DNA of 64,000 nucleotides, taken from the NCBI GenBank assembly GCA_030390025.1, contig CM059431.1:132310001-132374000 (forward strand), in the 5' to 3' direction. The notes under the pieces were generated by a model. That model worked only from the letters and a program-made list of their open reading frames with translations. It made no database searches and had not been told where the DNA came from. This DNA is from Squalus acanthias (Eukaryota). The stretch's first letter is position 1. Each line of letters opens with the position of its first letter. Below, piece after piece: positions 52,427-64,000 of this stretch. A program made the position numbers and the translations under genes.

Positions 52427-55400
52427 GGGCTGGATTTTGATTCAGGGGCGGGTTGGGGTCGTGTAATCCGCATTTCGTGTTAGCCACCCGAATCTAAATC
52501 GATGTGGGAGATTGATGCGATTTTAACATAATTGGCCAATTGAGTTCCAACGTGTGGGAACCCATGGCCAGTGAGTTTTTCCAGTCTGAAAGTCGCTTCC
52601 GATGATGTCATCATTGCTGCAGCATTTAAGGTCTGCAACAAGCCTTGCTTCCTCTGCAGACTGCCAAGTTTCTGCCTTTGCATGTTAGAGGCACCTGCAG
52701 GAAGAATGGCCAGCCAGAGACCTAGGTCTGCACCTCGATTTGATGACGTTGCCCTGCAAGCTTTAATTGAGGGAGCCAGAGCTAATAAGGAGGTGCTCTT
52801 CCCTTCTTCAGGGAGGAAGAAGCCTTCCCATCAAACCAAGGCTGTGTGGATCCAGGTGGCAGAGGAGGTCAACTCGTTGTCCATAACCTGCAGAACCTGG
52901 CTTCAGTGCAGGAAGAGGTTTCATGACCTGCTGCGCACTGGAAAAGTGAGTATGAATTGCCCATCACCCTCATTCTGATCCCCATTGCCTCTCCTCACCA
53001 GCACTCAGCTTTGACAACCTCTTCTTCCACATCCCACTTGACACTGACATCCCTGCACCCTTACCCATTCCCTCTCTCTGTATGGTCACATTCACCTAAC
53101 TATTCGACTATGCAATCCTCACACTCCCTATCGCTGTGATGCTATGAAAACAACTTACAACACACAGGGAGGGCCCATGGTCTTGCCACCTCACTCCGAA
53201 TTTGTCTCCTTCTAACCATCAATGATATAGATTCTCTACACTCACTCCTTCATTCTCACTCAAACTCCACTTGTCTCCCTCATTGCAGGAAAAGAGAGCT
53301 CACAATAAGAGGGAAAGAGCGAGGACAGGAGGAGGGCCACCCTCAGTAGCCCAGCTCACCACCTGGGAGGAGGCGATCCTGGAGATCATGGGAGTGGAGG
53401 AGGATGCGCAAGTGGGGGACGGACAGACGGGTGCATCAGAGCAAGCTGGTGACAGAATAGTTTACCATCTCTCTCATTGACATTGCATGAGTCACTGATA
53501 ATGATTCTGATACTCCAGCAGACTGACTTATGATCATCTGCAATATGCAATGTGCATGTAACCTTGGACTCACATCTCTGACTCTTTCCTTTACTCCCCC
53601 CCAGGACCATCGCGAGCAGCCGTCCCCACCGTCCAGGAGGAAGAGCATGAGCCTCACCACTCCTCAGAGGAAGCTGCAACCTCTGAGGGCGCCGCGTCAG
53701 CAGAATTCAGCACACCCAGCACCAGTGCAGACACTCACACCTCGGAGGGAACATCGCGAGATAGAGTAGTGTTGTCACCTGGTGTATCACAGCTCACAAG
53801 TGAGCATCAGCAGATAGTGGAGACAGGGACAGCAGTGGAGAGTCCTAGTCAGAGGGCGCAGGACTCTCCTAGCTCGGCTGCATGTCAACCCTCTGCCTCT
53901 GGGTCCATCCATAAGATCAGCGGTGCTGGAACTCCAGGAACAGATGCAGGAGTCTCTGGCAGGTTTTGTCTCCAGGGTCGCTGCGAGTGTGGAGCGAATG
54001 GAGGAGTCCATAGCAAACATGAGCAGAGCCTTTGTGGAGTCATTGGCGCATGAACGCATCACCACGGAAAGGATGGCAACCTCCGTGGAAAGGATGGCTA
54101 CAGTAGAGGAGAAGATGGCTATGGCTATGGAGGAGATAAGTCGCCAGAGTGTAGAAAACATGGTCATTGTTCAGAATAGACTGGCATCTCTTGAGGAGCG
54201 ATGGTCATCTATTGAACACAGAAACCAGACCTTCATGGAAGTGCTTCTGAGTAGGACTTCCAGTGCAGATACAGGTCCCCATGGCCCCCCTGATGTGCAG
54301 CAAGGTGCTCTCAATCCACTTGCAAGCGCTGAGGTGGGGCTGACCTCTAAGAGGGATGTTGGTGGCAGACAACAAGGAAGTGGGGGCTCCTCTCCAAGCG
54401 CTCACACGACCAAGCCACTGCAAAGCCCTCAGTCAGAGCCCCACCAGAGTCCTCACCCAACTGAGATCGGCGTCTCAACCCCTGCACAGCCGCAGGAGCA
54501 GCAGACTGTTGCCGAGCCCTCACAGGTTCGCAACCCCAGAGGACGCCCGCCAAAGGTGTCGAGACAGGAGCAGCAAGAAAGTGAGCAAGGGGCCTCCACA
54601 TCTGCTGAAGCCACAGGGGAAGCACCACGTAGGAGCACGCGTAAAAGAAAAATAATGCACAAGTAGTCACAAGGGTAGTCACTTGGGTGTAATGTTGTGT
54701 TTAATCTTGAAATGCCAGCACTTGCTTGGTGTGATTAAAAATTCTGCTGGCAAACTGCTGATGTTGTGGCGTCTGTCATTTCGCAAATGGGACTTCCACA
54801 TTGAGGGCTTAGGATGACTTGCAATTGTCAGTATGGTGGTCAGAGTGATAGGAATCCGCAGGTTCCTGGCCATTGTCGATGGTCTGATAAGAAGGTGCGA
54901 GGCAAAAGTGTTTGATTGTGCAGGCTAAGCAAATCTGGTCAAGTGCGTCCCTTGCATCTCGGGCAGCAATGTGGTCGCGCGCTGGCGCCTTCTGGCCTGT
55001 GCAGCTTCAGGTGGGTGAGGAGCAGCTTGGCACTCCTGTTGATGCTGCTGCTGCTGGTGGTGCTGTTGTTCATGGTTCTGCTGCTACCACGGCTGATCCT
55101 CGTCCGAATCTGATGTCCAGGAGGAAAGGAAATAAATGGTTCCCATGCTTCTGCTATATACTTCAGTTGAGGAAGCGCTCAGTCAAGGTGGCGAGAGGGG
55201 TTTCCCAGGAGGTCACACTGGAGATGGGTGTCAGGCTCCAAACTTCCACAGCTGTGGTTATGCCATATAAAAGTTCCCCCAGACCTCAGACAACAAAGTC
55301 CTGCCAACTGCAAATGATGGCTGATCACATCTCCTATTTCATGGTTGAGCTGCAGCTGATAGTCAGCAATCCAAATGTGCTACCGCCAGGTTTCACATTC

Positions 55401-55676
55401 GTGGTTCAGAACAGGCGTGCTTCATGTGGAAAAAGGGTTAAAATCACAAAGGCCTTTCAAAATGGCATTATAGAGGCAATTTAGTGCTTGTTAAGGGCCT
55501 TAACGGCCTATCCCACCTCTTGGAGGTGGGACGGAGTCGGGACCAGCAGACACGATTTAATGAAAATTGCATGGAGACGGGATGGAGGTGGGCTTGTGCC
55601 CACCCGCCAGTTTTCGCGAGTTTAACCCCCCACACGCCTCCAAACCCTCCTCCACGGGTCAATGAAAATTCTGCCC
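52427..55676 (+). mobile_element. Harbinger element with Myb gene and internally deleted transposase (both ends present)
   Basis: Termini gggctggattttga / tgaaaattctgccc. Myb gene on +, transposase N- and C-terminal stubs on - (about 54930-55147). TSD not clear. Confidence 0.9.
52706..54666 (+). pseudogene. Harbinger Myb/SANT gene; exons 52706-52945, 53289-53448, 53605-54666
   Basis: MASQRPRSAPRFDDVALQALIEG...TWLQCRKRFHDLLRTGK / EKRAHNKRERARTGGG. All splice sites canonical. One 5-bp deletion frameshift at about 53880 relative to the 42666-44668 copy. Confidence 0.9.
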
Positions 55677-55990
55677 ATAGCATTTGATGAGTTTAGTTTC
55701 AAGGCAGGATGGCTGGTGTGTGCACTATGATGTATGACAGAGAATAAATGAAACTGTTTCCTTATCATTTTTCATTCACTCATTTAAACATCTGGAGCAG
55801 CTATTTGAAATCAATCAGTTAGTTACTTTGCTTTTGACATTTGAATGTGTTTTAGTTCTCCACTGGAAGGATTAGACAGATGTGCTGCCAAGCTCATGTG
55901 ATAATAAGTGTTGCTGTTCATGTCCTGGGCCTGCTGCATTATGTGATTTTGTTTGATTATCATTTCATTTTTGAAGTAACTGAATCCTTT

Positions 55991-56722
55991 GGGCTAGAAA
56001 TTCCGTATCGCCCTGTTTGGGATGCTAAATTTTCAAAAGTTGAAGAAGTAGCACCAGGCGCTAATCCTTCTCTCCTGCCGGGAACTTCGGCTTTAGCGCT
56101 CCAAGAGGGAAGTGGAGCGCTAAATCAAGCTCTACCACTTCCCTTGGGGCACTAAAGTGTGTAAGGGGGGCGGTAGCAACAGAGCGCTGACGAATGTTCA
56201 GTGCAGTGCTGCCGGCATCAGAGGCTCCTTCCCTCACTTAAAGGGAATGGCCAATGATGGGATGCAAGATTCTTCCTCGTATTTCTGTGGGGCCCACGGG
56301 ACCTGCGCATTACAGCCCCAATCAATGTAAAAGAGTGGAGGGCTGAGTAATCGAGCATCAATCAGACGTGTAAAACATTCAGCAGGCACCAGACTGGTGT
56401 GAAGAATAAAGTTTGGCCTATCTGACCACCACTGCCTTTAAATATCGCTCCCCAAGCGGCCGGCCAAGTTGACAACGCCTCCTGCTGCCGGCGATTCAGC
56501 AGGGGGCGGGAGCGAATATCAGATCCGGTTGCGGTAATGGGGCACTGCGCACCTGATGACGTCACGATCTACAGGGCGCAACAGAGCGAGGTGCCACTGC
56601 AAAACCACCAGGGAAGTTCTCATGCGTCAGTGAATTCGCCGCACCCGGTCAGTAATCCCTTAGCGCCCCGTTAACGCCCCCCGCAGGCGCTAATGGGAGG
56701 TGCTAAGCAGCCCAATTTCTAT
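55991..56722. mobile_element. Harbinger-type MITE
   Basis: gggctagaaatt ... aatttctatct termini with a CpG-rich body. Confidence 0.55.
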
Positions 56723-56947
56723 CTGTTAGTCTTTTGGTACAGAATTCGGCATGATTTTGAGAACGGTTATGTGATGCTTTGTTCCTTCCCGTGGGTTAAA
56801 CTTTACTATATTTAACATAGGTTAGAATTGTTTCTGTTTTATTCAAGGTCGAATCACCTGTCAGATTCAAGCATGTGATGTCTCATTTTCAATGAGTTGT
56901 CTTTAGTTCTATTTTTCTTGTATTTTTAATGTTCTGTCTGTTCTTGG

Positions 56948-57497
56948 AGGCAAAATTCAACTTCAGTGGGGGCAAAATGGGTGGTAATGGATCAGCTGCC
57001 CATTATACACGCCGTTCGATTTTCCTTTTCATTAAAATCACTGGAAAGGAAAATCGGGCGGGGTGTATAATGGGCAGACAATCCGCTCCCACCTCTTTTG
57101 CGCCCCCGGCAATTTTGTAATTGGAAGTATGATAGGTTATTCTATATAGTTTGGATGTTGAGGTGACAGGTCTTTCTACCTGTAGAATTACCTCAATGTT
57201 CAATTGCCAAGTGTTGCAATATTTTTTGAGCAATGTCTGTGAGGTGACAATGTTACATGTCTGAAGGATCTGGTAAACTGCCTTGTAGCTATTTCATTTG
57301 TATTAAATTTCACACACTGAAAGTGAATTTCAACTTCAGCAAGTGCCCAAACAGACTGTAGTGGATCAGCCTGTTATAGACCCGCACAATTTTCATTTCC
57401 AATGACTTCAACAGAATGAAAAATCGGGCGAGGTATATAATAGGGCTGATTCACTACCACCTGTTTTCTGCCCTTGCCAAAGTTGAATTTCATCCCC
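56948..57497. mobile_element. Two short (about 170-bp) related MITEs (about 56948-57117 and 57320-57497); a relative lies at about 48090-48230
   Basis: Shared palindromic blocks cccattatacacgccc / gggcggggtgtataatggg and aaattcaact termini. Confidence 0.5.
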
Positions 57498-57579
57498 AAC
57501 CATTTTAGTTGATTTTAATGTTGTGTCTTGAGCTATATTCAGTATGACTGAGGACTGTGAATCATACACTAATACGATA

Positions 57580-57740
57580 GCAAAATACTGCGGATGCTGG
57601 AAATCTGAAATAACAACAGAAAACGCTGGAAAAACTCAGCAGGCCAGGCAGCATCCGTGGAGAGAGAAAGAGAGTTAACGTTTCAGGTCGATGACCTTTC
57701 GTCAGAACTGTGAAGAGCCGGAAATCAAATAGATTTAAGG
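57580..57740 (-). mobile_element. Penelope-like 3' end (second family)
   Basis: gcaaaatactgcggatgctggaaatctg...cagcatccgtggagagag, followed by a hammerhead motif. Confidence 0.75.
57673..57709 (-). ncRNA. Minimal type I hammerhead ribozyme motif
   Basis: agtt CTGACGA a aggtc-atc-gacct GAAA cg tt aact: intact core, perfect stem II and stem I, palindromic stem III. Confidence 0.7.
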
Positions 57741-58860
57741 CCAGAGTAAAGCTGGGAATGTGAATCATATCTTGTTCTGCTGTTATTGTTGGAAGCTTCT
57801 TGTCCTGTGAAACCAATTTGTTCTCGATTTTGAAGAGTATAAGCAGTTTCCTTCTGGAAGATGTTGAGCAGACTGCCAAGTTAGAGATTAAAAGATCAAG
57901 GTAATCACTACTGCAGAAGTTCAGCTCTGCTGGTTTTCATTTTTGAATTCTGTCACTGCTGTAAGCATTTTATGTTGAGATTGAAGTCTGTGGAGTGGGC
58001 AATATTAAAACAGCATTCATTGATTGGTTATGAAGGTTTCTATAGTGCTGAGATATGGGGAGATCTTTTGTTATTGGTATGACAGAAGGTAGTCAAAAGC
58101 ACAGAGATAGATATACATATCTGTAGCTTAATGTGTGCCTCAGGGTAAAAAAAGTACCAAATGTCAAAAAAAATTCTTGGAAATAAACCGTCAACCCTTT
58201 TCCCACAACCATACTATGAAATACACCTTACCTGTTTAACCAGAGTTACAGAACTGGGAGTTAAATTCCTATTTTACTGAAAAAAATAGGAGAATATCCT
58301 TTTTGCCTCCAATATCAACTCTCTAAAGATAATCACATTCCCAGAAATAGCACCTTTCAAAGTCACACATTCCAGTGATTTCTCATTAAAAAATGTTTTG
58401 TTCTGAGGAATTTTGAGAGCTGTATCCACCAGAGAGAAGTGAATCAACTGAAGCCAGTATCGCACATCTGTTGAGAGATATGCAAACATCAGCCTGTGTA
58501 CATCTAAAAAGGTCTTGCTAAAAAGAGTAGGTGAAATTAGAAGTAGTTCAGCTTTTGAATGGTGGTGCATTTAATTAATCAACCAGTTCCTCTCCTGTAG
58601 GATAGTAAACAAATGAAATCATGTTGAAACTGTGGATTTACAGTCAGAGTTATTTCGAACTCCAACTGCAGATGCTAAATTAAAGGGACGAGACATAAAA
58701 GAAAAAGAAGAATTTCATTTTAATAGAAGTCTGTCGCATTACATTGTGGATCATAAAACAGATAAAGTTCAGAGATGCAAATTATTATTCCACAACAGTA
58801 CGAGACAAAGGATCTTGTACTTAAACTCTGTAGTTGAGGGGTTATGTCTCCTGTATATAT

Positions 58861-58866
58861 TTTATT
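58861..58866 (-). promoter_or_regulatory. Candidate DCT polyadenylation signal
   Basis: TTTATT on + (AATAAA on -) about 520 nt downstream of the DCT stop. Confidence 0.3.
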
Positions 58867-59388
58867 TTTAAAGCACATGTCATGAATTGTAAATGAGAGA
58901 GCAGTATGGAGTTAAGATTTCCTCCATACTGGAGCTACATTTTGATTTTGTAAGTACTTTGAAAATGAAAGATCCTTAACAAAGCTAGCCAGCAAAAGTC
59001 ATACATTACCCCCCGCCTTTGATATCCTAACAACTTCTAAGAATGCATCGCCATTGATGGAAGATTATATAAACAGAATTTATATAGAAGACGTGAGATA
59101 GAGACAATTTGCCATCACAATTTATGAAACTGTTCTTTTTCATTTATAAGGCAATTACAAGCAGAAGATCATGCTAAGAATCAAATACAATATTAATAAG
59201 ATCAGATTATACACACATTAAACAGATAGTAAGCTGTGAGTAATGCATAATGGCACTGCTGGCACAAGGCCAGCTAGAATTTTTTTAATGTTCTCGGTCA
59301 TGCTTATATGCAATGCTTTTCTATTGCATTAGGGATAACAGATTAATATCAATAATAGTTTTATCATAGTAGTGAACAATTGCATCAA

Positions 59389-59561
59389 CTAAGCTTCTTC
59401 AGTGTACATTTTGTTGGAAAACTCTGAACTTAGCAAGAGTTCAAAGCCTCGATTCCTTCTTTGGTGCAGAATCATCATCATTAGTATAGTCAACAAGACA
59501 AGGCCCACAAAGATTCCACTGAAGGTCGCACCAAGTATGGTACCCAAGGGAATTTGAAGTT
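59389..59561 (-). CDS. DCT: Dopachrome tautomerase (TYRP2), terminal exon: transmembrane helix and cytoplasmic tail
   Basis: LQIPLGTILGATFSGIFVGLVLLTILMMMILHQRRNRGFELLLSSEFSNKMYTEEA-stop: TM helix, basic stop-transfer, and C-terminal YTEEA as in human DCT (...KRYTEEA). Probable acceptor ccacag| at 59562-59564 (phase 1). Convergent to GPC6 as in human. Confidence 0.9.
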
Positions 59562-59669
59562 CTGTGGATTCCATGAAACATGTTAATATTCATGATCGTG
59601 ATCATAAAAATTAAGTCATTAAAACTGCTGGATTATTCGTCATTTTATGTAGTCATTCATTGGCGAGTA

Positions 59670-60290
59670 TGGCCTAGAAATTGGGTTACATAGCACCTGT
59701 TTTTCAGGTGCTGGACGGCCTCCAAAGTACCCAAAATGGTGGGCAGGAAGCGTGCACAGCCAGCCGCCATATTGGGTAAGGACAAACAAGAAGCGTCTTT
59801 GCCCACACCTGAAGCAGGAGTTAGGCCTTTTGCATAGGCAAATAAGGGGCCTACCGCCTGCTTCAGGTCCTCGCTGCAAAATTGGTTTGCCCTGGATGCA
59901 CTCAAGGAAACTAATCCTAAAGATCGCTTGCAAAAAAAAAGTTATTTACCTGTAAAGCACCATCCCGACGCCCGAGATCCCAGCCCCCTGAGATCCCTGA
60001 TCTCTAGGCCCTGGCCTGACCTCCGATCTCCTCCCCCCCTCCCCGGTCCCAATCTTCAGTCTCCAGCCCCCTCCCTCCCCCCCAGGCTTCGGCCCCCGAT
60101 CTCCCTTCCGCCAGCTCCTACCCCAACCTCCAGGATATCCGGCCTCTGAGCATTCCCCTCAGGCTCTGACCGCCAATTGCTTCCTCAAGGATCATGATCC
60201 CCACCCACCCACCCCTTACCCCCACCACCTCACCCACCACCTCACCCACTTCTGGCATCTCCGCATCATGACTTCTGGAATTGGGGCCAA
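59670..60290. mobile_element. Harbinger-type MITE (degenerate) in the last DCT intron
   Basis: ggcctagaaatt start and body similar to the 30081 and 48518 elements. Right end uncertain. Confidence 0.5.
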
Positions 60291-60369
60291 AGAAAAGTCT
60301 GTCTTTTAAACAGTGCAGCAAATTGTTTTTTTGTACAGAATCAGCGTGTACGTCACCCAAGGTTTCTCA

Positions 60370-63085
60370 TGGGATGGAGTGGTCACAGCAGGTCAATGCT
60401 AAACACAACACCAACATCACTGTTACTTGTGTGGTTTTACTGTAGCTGTGAATCTTTGGAATTATCTCCTCCTTTGAGTATTTCATCTTGTTCCACCCCT
60501 CACGTCTCTCTTTTAAAATCCTTATTCTGTACTGCCCACCCAAATAACACACCAATTTTCTCAATGAGATATCTTCTCTGCTTTCCTCCCTCTGCCTCTG
60601 TACCGAGCGACTTCTCATCCTCGGTAATTTCAACCTCCATCTCAACTCATCTTGCTCCCTATCCTCTGAGTTCACTGCCCTCCTTTCCTCCCTTAATCTC
60701 TCCCTTCATGTCAACTTGCCCACCCATATACACGGCCACCCCCCTCGATCTTATCATCTCACGTGGCCTTGCTATCCCCTCCATAACCATTACCGCAATC
60801 TCCGACCATGTCCTTATATCACTCTCTACACACATTTCCCTTCCCCCTCCTAAACCCACTTCTTTTCATATCCACCCCAGAAAAAACTCTCCCTCAAGTC
60901 CCTGACCACCAAGTCCCAACTACCTAGCCTTTCGCCTACTATTCTCCTTGACATCTCTGCTGCTACTGAATTACTAAATCACACGCTCTCCACCACCTTT
61001 GATGTCCTTGTCCCCACTAAAATCATTACACTCTCTCACCCTAGTCGTTCCTCCTGGTATACCCCTCATCTCCGCTCCCTTAAGTCCAAGGGACGCAGAC
61101 TTGAATGGCTTTGGTGGACAACTGGCCTAATCATCCATCACCAGATTTGGCTAGATCATATAAAGCACTATTCTAAGATCATCCAGGATGGCAAAAATAA
61201 CAGCAGGCTTCTCTTTTCCAACACTAACCATCTTCTCAAAGCACCCTCCCTTGCCTCCTCCTCCCTTACCTCCAACAATAAATGTGAGGAGCTCATGGAC
61301 TACTTTGTTAAAAAGATCGACAACATCCATTCAACTGCTTCTGCTTTCAATTCCCTCCCTACCCTTAACCCATTGGACCCTACTTCCTCTCCGTTTTCCC
61401 CTGCCATAACTCTAAATTTGCATATTTCTCTAATTTCTCTCCTATCTCCCACCTTGCCCTTTCAAAGCTCATCTTGTCAATGAGACCAACCTCCTGCTCT
61501 CTCGACCCTATTCCTACTAAATTGCTGACAACCCAACTTTCCTTCCTGGCTCCCATGTTAGTGGATATTGTTAACGGTTCTCTCTCCTCCTTCGAATCTG
61601 CCGTCATCACCCCTCCCCTCAAAAAACAAGCCTCGACCCATCCATCCTTGCAACTATTGCCCCATCTCCAACCTCCCTTTCCTCTCCAAAGTTCTTGAAC
61701 GTGTTGTCACCTCCCAAATCCATGCCCATCTTTCCCAGAACTTCTTCTTTGAATCCCTCCAATCTGGCTTCCACCCCACCACAGTACTGAAACTGCTCCT
61801 ACCAAAGTCACAAATGACATCCTAATTGACTGCGACAAAGGTAATCTATCCCTTCTTGTCCTTCTGGACCTGTCTACAGCCTTTGACACGGTTGACCACA
61901 AAATTCTGCCCCAACGCCTCTCCACTGTCGTCAAGCTAGATGGGACTGCACTCGCCTAGTTTAATTCCTATCTTGCCAGCCGTAGCCATAGAATCACCTG
62001 CAATGGCTTCTCTTCCCGATCCCGCACTGTCACCTCTGGTGTCCCCCAAGGATCTATCCTTGGCCCCCTCCTATTTCTTGTCTACCTGCTGCCCCTTGGT
62101 GACATCATCCGGCAACACAACGTGAGTTTTCACGTGTATGCTGATGATACCCAGCTCTACCTCTCCTCCACCTCTCTCGAACCCTCCACCATCTCGATAT
62201 TATCAGACTGCTTGGTTGAGTAGAAATTTCCTCCAATTAAATATCGGGAAGACCGAAGCCATTGTCTTCGGTTCACACCGCAAACTCCATTCCCTTTCCA
62301 CTGATTCGATCTCTCTCCACGGCAACTGTCTAAGGCTGACCAAGTCTGTTCCGAACCTTGGTGTCAGATTTGATCACGAATTGAGCTTCCTACCTCATAT
62401 CCGTTCTATCATTGAGACTGCCCATTTCCACCTTCATGATATTGCCCGTCTCCGGCCTTACCTCAACTTATCTGCTGCTGAAACTCTCATCAGTGCCTTT
62501 ATCACCTCTAGACTTGACTATTCCAATGCACTCCTGGCCGGCCACCCTAGTTCTACCCTCCATAAACTTGAGGTCATCCAAAACTCTGCTGTCCGTGTGC
62601 TAACTCGCACTAAGTCCCGTTCACCCATCACCCCTGTGCTTGCTGACCTACATTGGCTCTCAGTTAAGCAACACCTCGATTTAAAAATTCTCATCCTTGT
62701 TTTCAAATCCCTCCATTGTCTTGCCCCTCCCTATCTCTGTAATCTCCTCCAGCCCTATAATCCCCCTAGACCTCTGCACTTCGCCTATTCTGGACTTTTG
62801 AACATCTCCGATTTTAAATGCTCCACCATTGGCAGTCGTGCCTTCAGCTGCCTAGGTCCTAATCTTTGGAATTCCATCCCTAAATCTCTCCGCCTCTCTA
62901 CTTCTCTTTCCTCCTTTAAGACTCTCCTTAAAACCTACCTCTTCGACCAAACTTTTGGTCATCTGCCCTAACATCTCCTTATATGGCTCAGTGTCAATTT
63001 TCTTTTTTGATCACACTCCTGTGAAGCGCCTTGGGACATTTTATTACGTTAAAGGCACTGTATAAATATAATTTGTTGTTGTTGT
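60370..63085 (+). mobile_element. L2 LINE, about 2.7 kb, with frameshifts
   Basis: [61 protein letters not shown] and a gttgttg tail. Confidence 0.93.
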
Positions 63086-63341
63086 TCTTATGTTCTTAAA
63101 CTGAGTGAAAAAATTCAAATGAGGTCCTGCCATTAAATTCGGCAGGATCTCCGCCTTTCCCGTATTTCCAGGTTTCCCGGCCACTGACAGTCGCCCCCGC
63201 TCCCTACCCGTCTCCCTGTAAATATCGGGGCCTAATAATTTGTCTTCTATTTGAATTATGCCCCTGCTGGCCAATAATGACTTAGTATGGAGAATGTCAG
63301 AGCAGAGAACGGTAGCATAATGTTTATACATCGTTATAGGG

Positions 63342-63770
63342 AACAGTAGCATAATGGTTATGTTACTGGACTCATAATCCAGAGGCCTTGACTAATGATC
63401 TGGAGACATGAGTTCAAATTCTCACCATGGCAGCTGCGTAATTTAAGTTCAGTTAATTAAATAAATCTGGAATAAAAAGCTAGTATCAGTAATGGTGACC
63501 ATGAAACTACTGGATTGTTGTAAAAACCCATCTGGTTCACTAATGTCCTTTAGGGAAGGAAATCTGCCGTCCTTACCCGGTCTGGCCTGTATGTAGCCAC
63601 AGCAACTGCCCTCTGAGCTGTACCAAACCACTACAAAGAAGTATCACCACACGGACTGCAACGGTTCAAGAAGTTGGCTCACCACCACCTTCTCAATTGC
63701 AATTAGGGATGGGCAATAAATGCTGGCCTTGCCAGCGACGCCCACATCCCGTGAACAAATAAATAAAAAA
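63342..63770 (+). mobile_element. tRNA-derived SINE whose 3' tail matches the LINE at 19801-21722 and 28318-29205
   Basis: A/B-box-like head (agcataatgg...gagttcaaattc) and tail cacggactgca..ggttcaagaag...gggcaataaatgctggccttgccagcgacgcccacatccc followed by an A-run. Confidence 0.8.
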
Positions 63771-64000
63771 AGAGTAATTTTCTCTTGGCTGGAAGAAGTA
63801 TAATGAAATCATGGGAAAAAATTAATTTTTAAACCTACCTGGTAGTTCAACTGCATATGAGTAGCCAAGCTCACTTGAAGATACAAATAACTGCTCATTG
63901 GTCACAGGTGGGAAAAATGGCACCATGTTAAACTGCCTGTTGTGCCCAATAGGTGCCATCTCCTCAGGCCATGAGCTGATTGAAGGACTATTTTGTTTCA

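Noticed and set aside
52706..54666. Domesticated host MSANTD/NAIF1-type gene
   Set aside because: Multi-copy within the window, flanked by TIRs and carries a frameshift.
59562..59574. Stand-alone 61-aa membrane microprotein starting MEST
   Set aside because: Better explained as the DCT terminal exon. The ATG lies in the intron upstream of the probable acceptor.

Overview
Vertebrate genomic DNA; the repeat content (CR1 and L2 LINEs, SacSINE1-like DeuSINEs, Penelope ends) points to a cartilaginous fish. The window holds the 3' ends of two convergent host genes: the last three coding exons of glypican-6 (GPC6, + strand, 2479-11151) and the terminal exon of dopachrome tautomerase (DCT, - strand, 59389-59561), as in the human GPC6-DCT locus. 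The rest is intronic or intergenic and rich in mobile DNA. It includes five PIF/Harbinger elements carrying a Myb/SANT gene (four with a clear 3-exon structure) and many Harbinger-type MITEs. It also has a pogo/Tigger MITE, two long solo-LTR-like inserts, LINEs and SINEs, Penelope ends with hammerhead ribozyme motifs and a 60-bp G-rich minisatellite. The most notable observations are a Harbinger subfamily that lost its transposase core but kept the spliced Myb gene, a variable-length heptad coiled coil in that Myb protein, and a 253-bp-arm Penelope hairpin with a TSD. All calls are by eye, with no database searches.
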